From: Deltaproteobacteria bacterium
Lineage (GTDB): Bacteria; Myxococcota; Kuafuiibacteriia; Kuafuiibacteriales; Kuafuiibacteriaceae
Assembly: GCA_040218735.1 (NCBI GenBank)
Contig: JAVJQW010000062.1
Span: forward strand, 192,001-256,000
Length of the DNA stretch: 64,000 nt
Reading direction: 5' to 3'
Shown here one piece after another: positions 28,712 to 36,460 of the stretch (positions are counted from its first letter, which is position 1; each line of letters starts with the position of its first letter). The notes under the pieces were generated by a model. The model searched no databases. It was given only the letters and a program-made list of their open reading frames with translations, and had not been told where the DNA came from. A program made the translations under genes and the position numbers.

Positions 28712-29734
28712 GTGCGCACGCCCTTCGAGGACGGCTTTACCTTCCCCGCGGAGTGGACCCCGCACGCGACCACGCTCCTCGCGTGGCCCTACGCGGCGGA
28801 CCTGTGGGAGGAGCGCCTCGCCGCCGCACAGACGGAGTGGGTCGCGCTGTGCCGAAGCATCAACCGCGGCGAGCCGCTCACGGTGCTGGTCCCCGACGCC
28901 GAAGAAGAAACGGCGGCGCGCGCGGCGCTCGGTGACGTCGACGTCACGTTCTGGCGGATCGGGTTCGGCGACATCTGGATGCGCGACATCGCACCGCTCG
29001 TGCTCACGAAGGGAGCTTCGCGCGCGAGCGCGGTGTTTCGTTTCAATGGATGGGGCGGAAAGTACGAGCTGCCGGGGGACGACGCCGTCTCCGCGAAGGC
29101 CGCCGACGCGCTCGGCTTCGATCGTTACGAAGCACCGTTCGTGATGGAGGGCGGAAGCGTCGACGTCGACGGTGAAGGCACCGTCCTCACCACCGAGCAG
29201 TGCCTCCTCAACGACAACCGCAACCCCGGGCGCTCGCGTATGCAGATCGAGGCGGACCTCCGTGACTACCTCGGCGCCAAGAAAACCGTGTGGATCACCG
29301 AAGGGCTCGCCAACGACCACACCGACGGGCACGTCGACACCATCGCGCGGTTCGTTCGGCCGGGCGTGGTAATGGTGATGGCGCCGAGCGGCGACGACCC
29401 GAACCGCGACGTGCTCGAAAAGATCGCGCGCGAGGTCGAAGCCGCGACCGACGCCGCCGGGCGCAAGCTCGAAGTCGTCCGCATCCCCTCCCCCGGGCGC
29501 CTGATCGGCGACGACGGCGAAGTGATGCCCGCGAGCTACGTGAACTTCTACATCGGCAACCGCACGGTGACGGTGCCGCAGTACGGCACGGACTACGACC
29601 GCCCCGCGCTCGACGCGATCGCGAAGGTCTTCCCGGACCGCGAAGTCGTCGGTGCTTCGGCGCGCGCGATCCTCGAAGGCGGCGGTGCGTTCCACTGCAT
29701 CACGCAGCAGGTGCCGAAGGGAGCCTCGACATGA
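28712..29734 (+). CDS. aguA: agmatine deiminase
   Basis: PAEW, DIWMRD, FNGWGGKY, EGGSVDVDGEG, DHTDGHVD, ASYVNFY and GGGAFHCITQQ motifs. Confidence 0.93.
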   Translation: MRTPFEDGFTFPAEWTPHATTLLAWPYAADLWEERLAAAQTEWVALCRSINRGEPLTVLVPDAEEETAARAALGDVDVTFWRIGFGDIWMRDIAPLVLTKGASRASAVFRFNGWGGKYELPGDDAVSAKAADALGFDRYEAPFVMEGGSVDVDGEGTVLTTEQCLLNDNRNPGRSRMQIEADLRDYLGAKKTVWITEGLANDHTDGHVDTIARFVRPGVVMVMAPSGDDPNRDVLEKIAREVEAATDAAGRKLEVVRIPSPGRLIGDDGEVMPASYVNFYIGNRTVTVPQYGTDYDRPALDAIAKVFPDREVVGASARAILEGGGAFHCITQQVPKGAST

Positions 29735-30594
29735 CGAACCACATCCACGTCGCAGCCATCCAGTGCCCACTCGGTGACGAGCGCGAGGCCAACGTGCAGC
29801 GCGTTCTCGGCCACATCCGCGCGGCGGCGGAGCGCGGCGCGCAGATCATCCTGCCGCCCGAGCTGTTCGAGGGACCGTACTTCTGCCGGCACGAGCGCGA
29901 CGAGTTCTTCGCGTGGGCGCGTCCGTTCGAGGGCAACGCGACCATCGAGCGCGTCGCCGCGCTGGCGAAGGAGCTCGGCGTGGTCGTGCCGGTGTCGTTC
30001 TTCGAGCGCGCGGGCCAGGCGTACTACAACAGCCTAGCGGTGGTGGACGCCGACGGCGCCGTGCTCGGCCTGTACCGAAAGAGCCACATCCCGGACGGCC
30101 CCGGCTACGAAGAGAAGTTCTACTTCCGCCCCGGCGACACCGGCTTTCGGGTGTTCGAGACGAAACACGCCACGATCGGCGTCGGCATCTGCTGGGACCA
30201 GTGGTTCCCGGAGTGCGCGCGCGCGATGATGCTCCTCGGCGCGCAGCTTCTGCTCTACCCGACCGCGATCGGATCGGAGCCGCAGGACCCGGACCTCGAC
30301 ACCAAGGCACCGTGGCAGCGCGCGATGATCGGCCACGCGGTGAGCAACGTGGTCCCGGTGATCGCGGCGAACCGCATCGGCACGGAAGAGGGGCAGACGT
30401 TCTACGGCGGCTCGTTCATCGCGAACCAACGCGGCGACAAGATCGCCGAGCTCGACGCCGAGGAAGGCATCATCGACGCGAAGCTCGACCTCGACGCGAT
30501 CGCCGCGACGCGCGCGTCCTGGGGGTTCTTTCGCGACCGACGCCCGGAGCTGTACGGCGTGTTGAAGACCGCCGACGGGCGCACGACGCACTGA
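29731..30594 (+). CDS. aguB: N-carbamoylputrescine amidase
   Basis: Nitrilase triad in PELF, YRKSHIPDGPGYEEKFYF and GICWDQWFPE, plus YPTAIGSEP. ATGA overlap with aguA. Confidence 0.93.
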   Translation: MTNHIHVAAIQCPLGDEREANVQRVLGHIRAAAERGAQIILPPELFEGPYFCRHERDEFFAWARPFEGNATIERVAALAKELGVVVPVSFFERAGQAYYNSLAVVDADGAVLGLYRKSHIPDGPGYEEKFYFRPGDTGFRVFETKHATIGVGICWDQWFPECARAMMLLGAQLLLYPTAIGSEPQDPDLDTKAPWQRAMIGHAVSNVVPVIAANRIGTEEGQTFYGGSFIANQRGDKIAELDAEEGIIDAKLDLDAIAATRASWGFFRDRRPELYGVLKTADGRTTH

Positions 30595-30619
30595 GCCGGG
30601 CGCTCACGACGCGTTGCGT

Positions 30620-30982
30620 TCAGCGGGATGTCGATGCTCGAGCCGACCGCGGTCCCGCCGCGACGACGCGATCGATCACGTGTCGAATCCGCTCGGCGTC
30701 GACCGCCTCCCCGTACGGGAGGTTGATCGTCACCCGCGCGGCCGGGCACGTACCGCCGAGCATCCGGTACAGCTCCGTCGCTTCCCCGGTCTGGAAGTGA
30801 ATCGACGCGTACTTCTGACGCGGCGCGAAGCCAATCCGGACGCCCTCGACCCACCGCGCCATGAACGAGCCCGTGCGCTCCCAGGCCTCGATCGGCACGT
30901 CGAAGAACACGGCCTCGTAGTGCTTCGCCGCCGCAATCAGGACCGGCGGCGGCACGTCGGGGAAGTGATCGCCGAGATCCAT
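30620..30982 (-). CDS. hypothetical protein (weakly DUF1801/YdhG-like)
   Basis: 120 aa ORF with normal composition and an IGFAPRQKYASIHF segment. Confidence 0.5.
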   Translation of the reverse strand: MDLGDHFPDVPPPVLIAAAKHYEAVFFDVPIEAWERTGSFMARWVEGVRIGFAPRQKYASIHFQTGEATELYRMLGGTCPAARVTINLPYGEAVDAERIRHVIDRVVAAGPRSARASTSR

Positions 30983-31053
30983 TCTGGCCGGAGCCTAGAT
31001 TTTTTCGACGCCCGCTGTCGATCCGAGGGCGCCCCGTTCGTCCCCTGTGCATC

Positions 31054-31737
31054 ATGCCCAACATGACGTTCACGGGGTTCGACCCCGCCGCGGTGGCGCT
31101 GCTGCCGCAGCTGCCCCAGCTCGACGCCTCGGACTACGAAGGTGTCAAAGACCAGCTCGCGAGCGGCTTGCGCGCGCCCGGCGCCGCGCTGATGGAGGCC
31201 ATCGCCCACCGGCTCGGTCCGAAGCTCACCGTCGGCCGCGCCTCGGTGTCGCCGCTGCACCGCGACCTGCGGTTCGCCAAGGCCGGGACGCCTCGGTACA
31301 AGGACCACCTGCTCCTGACCACCTGGGAGGGGAAGGACCGCAAGACGTCGCCGATGCTCTGGCTGCGGATCGACGCCGAGTCGGTCGGCTTCGCGAGCGG
31401 CGTAATGTTCACCCCGACGACGCGCGAGCGTTGGCGCAACGCGGTCGGCGCCGACTCCGGCACCACACTCGCGAAGCACCTCGCGGCGCTCGAGAAGAAA
31501 CACCGGCGGCACGGCTTCGACATCGCGGGCGACCAGCTCGCGCGCGTTCCGAAGCCGTGGCCCGCGGATCACGAACGCGCCGACCTGCTCCGCCGCACCG
31601 GGTTCCAGGTGCGGTTCATGGAGCCCCACCCCAAACGCATCGACACCCCCGCGTTCGCGGCGTGGTGCACCCAACGTCTCGGCGAGCTGTGGCCGGTTCA
31701 CCGCTGGCTCGTCGACCATGTCGCGGAGGCTGAATGA
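31054..31737 (+). CDS. DUF2461 family protein
   Basis: FTGF N-terminus, HRDLRFAK..TPRYK, and LARVPKPWPADHERADLLR. Confidence 0.85.
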   Translation: MPNMTFTGFDPAAVALLPQLPQLDASDYEGVKDQLASGLRAPGAALMEAIAHRLGPKLTVGRASVSPLHRDLRFAKAGTPRYKDHLLLTTWEGKDRKTSPMLWLRIDAESVGFASGVMFTPTTRERWRNAVGADSGTTLAKHLAALEKKHRRHGFDIAGDQLARVPKPWPADHERADLLRRTGFQVRFMEPHPKRIDTPAFAAWCTQRLGELWPVHRWLVDHVAEAE

Positions 31738-32051
31738 ACAAGGAAGAAGCGCTGTTCTGGTCGCTCGCCGACGAGCTCGCGGGCGAGGACCCGCGGGTCG
31801 TGGAGGGCACGATCATGGGCGGGCGGTGCCTGCGCGTCGGCAAGGAGTTCCTCGCCCTCGTCGACTTCAAGGGCTCGGGCCTCGTCGTGAAGCTCCCGCG
31901 TGCGCGCGTGGAGGCGCTCATCGAAGCCGGCCACGGCGAGGCGTTCGCGCCGGCCGGGCGGGTGTTCAAGGAGTGGGTCGCGATCCCGAAGCCCGACCGG
32001 CGTCGCTGGCGTTCCCTCCTCCGTGAGGGGATCGCGTTCGTAGGGAAGTAG
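31734..32051 (+). CDS. small TfoX/YjbR-like protein
   Basis: GTIMGGRCLRVGKEF, LVVKLP..RV..LI, and GRVFKEWV pattern. ATGA overlap with the upstream gene. Confidence 0.6.
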   Translation: MNKEEALFWSLADELAGEDPRVVEGTIMGGRCLRVGKEFLALVDFKGSGLVVKLPRARVEALIEAGHGEAFAPAGRVFKEWVAIPKPDRRRWRSLLREGIAFVGK

Positions 32052-32829
32052 CCGCCACCGCGCGGACGCTCCGGCCGACGTCGGTCTCCATGAGCTCATC
32101 CGAGAGCGTACGCAGGGTGATGCTCGTGCGCCGCGCCGTGATGTCGCCGGGGAGGATGCCGTGCAGCCAGCGGTACCGAGCCGCGCCGAACAGCACGAGC
32201 AGGGAACGCGCGGGGAGCGGGACGCGGATGCGTCGTTTGGCGCGCTCGAGATCGTCGATCGATGTCCCCGGTACGAACGTGAGCGCCGCGTCGGACTCGA
32301 GCGAAAGATCGAGGATGACCTCGCCGTAGGCGAAGGTGTCGTCGGCGTGCAGGTCCAGGTTCGACTGGCGTTCGGGTTCGTAGCGGAGCACGAACGCGTC
32401 CGTGGTCTCGAAACCAGCTGCGACGGCGAAGGACTCGCGCGCGAGGGATTCGATCCCTCGAATATAATCCGGCAATCCTTCGAAACCCGCGAGGCGCAGC
32501 CGGCGGTGCTTGAAGCTCACCTTCGGACCGAAGTGCTGCTTCCGCTTGCCGCTCTGCGCGGGGCGCCACGGCGTTTGCTCGATGCGCGCGAGGAGCGCGG
32601 CGGCCGACGCTTCGTCTACGGCGTCACGAAGGACACAAACCCCCGTGAAGTCCGGCGCCGTCGGCACGCGCTGCGATTCGAGGTCGAAGTCGTGCACCTC
32701 GCAGGCAGGCAACTCACGCGGCGGGAACATCCCGGTTGCTCGACGCAGCGCCGGGTCGCGACAAACGGCGCACCAGCGAATGCCGGTGCAGACACAGGTC
32801 TTGTCGGGGACCACGGCGTCGGCGAGCAC
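31966..32829 (-). CDS. 2OG-Fe(II) dioxygenase, AlkB family, ALKBH4-like
   Basis: HxD (LHADD), His (WLHGI), RxSxTxR (RRTSITLR), an N-terminal CxCxGIRxCxxC cluster, and QSGKRKQHFGPKVSFK. Confidence 0.88.
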   Translation of the reverse strand: MLADAVVPDKTCVCTGIRWCAVCRDPALRRATGMFPPRELPACEVHDFDLESQRVPTAPDFTGVCVLRDAVDEASAAALLARIEQTPWRPAQSGKRKQHFGPKVSFKHRRLRLAGFEGLPDYIRGIESLARESFAVAAGFETTDAFVLRYEPERQSNLDLHADDTFAYGEVILDLSLESDAALTFVPGTSIDDLERAKRRIRVPLPARSLLVLFGAARYRWLHGILPGDITARRTSITLRTLSDELMETDVGRSVRAVAATSLRTRSPHGGGNASDAGRASGSRPTP

Positions 32830-32855
32830 ACCTCACCGACGCCGTCGGTGGCAAC

Positions 32856-34850
32856 CTACGCGTCCTCGACGATGACGAAGAACGCGAGGTCCAGGACGCA
32901 GGTCGGCATCTCCTGCTTCACGGCGATCATCTCCCCGCGGACGAGATCGCGCGTGAGCTGGATGATCGTGCCGGAGCCGTTGCCGATCTCCGTCGCCGTC
33001 TTGTCGAAGATGCGCACGGTGGCGCCGGGGATGAGGCCCTCCGTGACGAGCACCGTGTCGTCGCCGTGGTGCGGCGTCGCGATCTTCACCACGACGTTCT
33101 GCGGACTGCACGCGACCGGCGGCGGCAGGTCCAGCGGCTCGGACGTCTCTTCACAGAGCTCCTGCGTCCCGACCAGCAGATCCGTCGCGACGAGCGGTGC
33201 GCCGAGGTCGTAGTCGACCACCCGGCGGAACGGCCACGAGGCGTCGTCGAAGTACGTCGTCATCGCGCCCGGAGCGACGTTCTGCAGCTTGATGTGTGCG
33301 CCCTGCACGATGGACTCGATCGTGACGAGCTCCTGCCCGATGATCGGCGGCGCCATCTGCATCGTCGGCAACGTGTCCGGCGCGTCGACCGCGGCTTCGC
33401 GGTTCGACCAATCGCTCGTGTCGGCGCAGAGCGTCTGCTGCGCCTCGAAGCGATCGCCCACGACAAACGGTCCGTCGGCGTACAGCCGCATCGCCGTGAG
33501 GCGGTAGCCGCTCTCCTTGGACTGCAGGTGGGTGCCGCCCGCGGCGCGCGTCTTTCGCACGGTGACCGTCGCGCCCGGGACGTGCTGAACGCCGACGGAC
33601 TTCGCGCACTCGTACACGGGCGTCGCGACGATCTCGGGCGCCGGGAGGCCCATCGGGTAGTCGTCGGTGTGGTCGCGCACGAACGTCAGCACGGTGATCG
33701 AAGAGACGCCACCGACCGTCTGCTTCACGCCGATCACCTGCCCCGTCACGAGCGGAGCCGCCAACTCGAACACGTGTTGGCCCGGGGAGCGCGTGACGGC
33801 CGCGGCGGTGGGCACGCCGCCGATCGACAGCTCGAGCAGAGCGCCCAAGCGCGCGCTGCGAACGGTCACGAAACGCGAACAAGCGTACGGCGGCTCGACG
33901 AGCGGAGGCAGCACCGGGACGTCGTCGGGCGCCTGGAAGGGGCCGACCCATCCGCCGTCACCCGACGTGTTGCACGCGGCCTGGAGCCACCCCTTGTGGT
34001 CCGCGTAGTCGGCGATGTTGCCCGCGGGCGGCATGGTCGGCGTGGCGGCGCCGTCGCCGACCGCGTTGTCGAGCACGATGCTGCAGTAACCCGGGTACTT
34101 GTCGGAGATCAGCGGGAAGCGGCCGGCGTTCGCGGGGGTGTGGCAGCTGTCGCAGCGCTGGCCGGTGGCCGGTCCGAGCTGGTCGAGCGGCGCGGGGTTC
34201 GGGACCCAGTCGGGGTGGTCGGGGATGATCGGCGTCGGCCACACCTGCGGCATGAACGATCCGACCACACCCTCCGCGGCGATGAACTGCGGGTCGAAGG
34301 GGTGAACGACGAACGGGTTCTCGCCGGCGTGGCAGTCGGAGCAGATCCCCTCTGGGTTGCCGACCAGGTCGAACCCGCCGATGAGTTTGTCGATGCCAAT
34401 GGCGCCGATCGACGGGAAGTCGCTGTCCTTCGCGTCCTCGGGTCGCGCGAAGAAACACACGTTGCCGGTCTCACGTCCCATGCAGATCATCCCGAGGATG
34501 TCGGGCTCATGGCCGATGCCGCGACGCGGGAGCGCCAGGCAGAGCCCCTCGGGGTTCGTAACGTCGTCGTAGGCGCCGAAGTCGTGAATCGACCACAGGT
34601 CGGCGTCCCTCGTCGGCTCGACGAAGGTCTCGGCGAGGTCGCCGTAGAGCGTCCAGCCCCGGTCGAGATCGAGCACGGTCTCGGGGACCGGGACGCCCGC
34701 GTTGCGGCACTCTTGGACGTAAGCGGCGCCGGTGTTCATCGTCGCGATCTTGGCGGCCGCGATCGTGGTGCGCTGTTCGGGGGGCTCGGCGGTACAAGCG
34801 GCGAGCGCGAGGAGGAGGGTCGAGAAGCGGAGTTGTTTCGCGGTGAGCAT
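32856..34850 (-). CDS. di-heme c-type cytochrome lipoprotein with C-terminal beta-sandwich repeats
   Basis: Lipobox LAAC, CSDCH and CDSCH, repeated GA.V....L..G..I...Q units, and a GGGGAG RBS. Confidence 0.7.
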   Translation of the reverse strand: MLTAKQLRFSTLLLALAACTAEPPEQRTTIAAAKIATMNTGAAYVQECRNAGVPVPETVLDLDRGWTLYGDLAETFVEPTRDADLWSIHDFGAYDDVTNPEGLCLALPRRGIGHEPDILGMICMGRETGNVCFFARPEDAKDSDFPSIGAIGIDKLIGGFDLVGNPEGICSDCHAGENPFVVHPFDPQFIAAEGVVGSFMPQVWPTPIIPDHPDWVPNPAPLDQLGPATGQRCDSCHTPANAGRFPLISDKYPGYCSIVLDNAVGDGAATPTMPPAGNIADYADHKGWLQAACNTSGDGGWVGPFQAPDDVPVLPPLVEPPYACSRFVTVRSARLGALLELSIGGVPTAAAVTRSPGQHVFELAAPLVTGQVIGVKQTVGGVSSITVLTFVRDHTDDYPMGLPAPEIVATPVYECAKSVGVQHVPGATVTVRKTRAAGGTHLQSKESGYRLTAMRLYADGPFVVGDRFEAQQTLCADTSDWSNREAAVDAPDTLPTMQMAPPIIGQELVTIESIVQGAHIKLQNVAPGAMTTYFDDASWPFRRVVDYDLGAPLVATDLLVGTQELCEETSEPLDLPPPVACSPQNVVVKIATPHHGDDTVLVTEGLIPGATVRIFDKTATEIGNGSGTIIQLTRDLVRGEMIAVKQEMPTCVLDLAFFVIVEDA

Positions 34851-34937
34851 TTCGTCTCCCCACGTGCGCCGGTGCGCCGCGATTTATCCGACGAACTGAC
34901 CGCGGACGTCGCGGCCTTTCGTGGGAGGATGCCAACG

Positions 34938-35588
34938 ATGGAGCTTCGGCAGGTCGAGTACGCGACGTTCGTCGAGTGGCCGAGCGTCGCGGTCGCCGAG
35001 CTCGACGCGGACGTCCGGGCGAAGCTCGATCGATTCGGCGAGCTTCAGCGCAGCGGCGCGGACTACGTCGGCAACTCCGTCGACTTCACGCGGCGCTACG
35101 TCCTCGACGACGGGCGAACGCTCTACTTCCCGGAGCTGCTCCGGCCCATGACCGCAGCGACGGCCGTGCCGCTGGCGCTGGGGATCGCCGGCCTGTGCGC
35201 GCTGATCGCCGGGCTCTCGATCGACACCAAGGACTTCGCGTACGCGCCCTACCTCGCGGCGGGCGGCGTGGCGGCGATGGTCGCCGCGTTCTTCGCGTTC
35301 GGTCGGGCCGGCGCCGACGACGCCGCGCGACGCGCGACCGTGGAGGACATCGGGCTGTACCTCTTCGACGATGTCATCGTGCTTCGCCACCCCGAGCGCG
35401 TGAGTGTCGTCCCCCGCGCGCGGGTGACGCGCGCCGTATGCGCGAAGGAACGCAACGACACCCGCAACGCCCTCGACCCGTGCCTCGAAGTGCTCGACGG
35501 CGAACGACGCGTGCACGTGCGCATCGGCGGCACGCAGGAGCTCGTCGACGTGATCAACGCGTGGCTGGGTGTCGACGGCCGCCCGTAG
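34938..35588 (+). CDS. hypothetical membrane protein (2 TM)
   Basis: GGGAGG RBS, ATG at 34938, and two hydrophobic helices. It is the 3' part of the long track ORF 32736..35588. Confidence 0.6.
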   Translation: MELRQVEYATFVEWPSVAVAELDADVRAKLDRFGELQRSGADYVGNSVDFTRRYVLDDGRTLYFPELLRPMTAATAVPLALGIAGLCALIAGLSIDTKDFAYAPYLAAGGVAAMVAAFFAFGRAGADDAARRATVEDIGLYLFDDVIVLRHPERVSVVPRARVTRAVCAKERNDTRNALDPCLEVLDGERRVHVRIGGTQELVDVINAWLGVDGRP

Positions 35589-36377
35589 CTACGGAACGGA
35601 GCGAATGACGAGCGTGTAGAAGCCGATGTCGCTGGTCTGCGCGGTGACGAGGAGCGTCGTCTGGCCGGGGGGCACGTAGAGGGCGCAGCTCGGGACGTTC
35701 GAGCAGTACACGCCGGACGACGTGCCGTTCGAGACCGTGACACCCCAAGTGCCGCTGCCGCCGCCGGTGATCGACGCGCAGAACGGATCGCCGGGACTCA
35801 CGCTGATGAAGTAGGTGTCGGGCGTCCCGACCGACGCGCTATCGGAGATCGTCTGCGTCACGAGGCCGGGCTCGTTGCAGGTCACCGGCGGTGGGCCGCC
35901 GGCGTCGCGGGGGCCGCCATCGCGGGGGCCGCCGTCTCTTGAGCCACCGTCGCGGGGGCCACCGTCTCTCGGGCCGCCGTCGCGGGGACCGGCATCCCGC
36001 GCGCTCCCACCATCGACCGCGACGCCACCGTCGCGCGCATCGCCGCCGTCGAGCGGGTCGCCGCCATCGCGCCCGCCGCCGTCGGCCGGGTCACCGCCAT
36101 CGCGAACGCCACCGTCGAGCGCGTCGCCACCATCGCGCCCGCCGCCATCGTGCGCGTCGCCGCCATCGATGGCACCGCCGTCACGTGAAGCGCCGCCGTC
36201 GATCTCGCCGCCATCGCGGGCGACCTCCGCTCCGCCGTCGCGCAGGCCACCGTCGCGCGCGCCCGTGTCGTCGCCCCCCGGCACCGCGTCGCCGGAGCAC
36301 GAGGAAGCGCCGAGCCCGAGTAGGACCGAGAAGCACAGAAACGAAGTGCAAAGCCGCGGGCTCCGGGCGTCGACCAC
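35589..36377 (-). CDS. exported protein/lipoprotein with long RDGG repeat linker and small Cys-containing beta domain
   Basis: Signal sequence ending GASSC, about 20 DGG/DAG units, and a C-terminal domain. Confidence 0.7.
   Translation of the reverse strand: MVDARSPRLCTSFLCFSVLLGLGASSCSGDAVPGGDDTGARDGGLRDGGAEVARDGGEIDGGASRDGGAIDGGDAHDGGGRDGGDALDGGVRDGGDPADGGGRDGGDPLDGGDARDGGVAVDGGSARDAGPRDGGPRDGGPRDGGSRDGGPRDGGPRDAGGPPPVTCNEPGLVTQTISDSASVGTPDTYFISVSPGDPFCASITGGGSGTWGVTVSNGTSSGVYCSNVPSCALYVPPGQTTLLVTAQTSDIGFYTLVIRSVP
35900..36265 (-). repeat. coding (R)DGG tandem repeat
   Basis: RDGG, PRDGG and DGGD units, seen at DNA level as recurring CCGCCGTCGCG/CCGCCATCGCG. Confidence 0.8.
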
Positions 36378-36460
36378 GGCGCGATCTTAAAGCCTCCCGC
36401 CATCTGCGGCCCCGGACGATCGTCCAACCGCCGAACGCTCACGACCGCCCACGTCGGCGC

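Noticed and set aside
28694-28712. TGGCAC upstream of aguA as a sigma-54 promoter
   Set aside because: There is no GC at the required -12 spacing.
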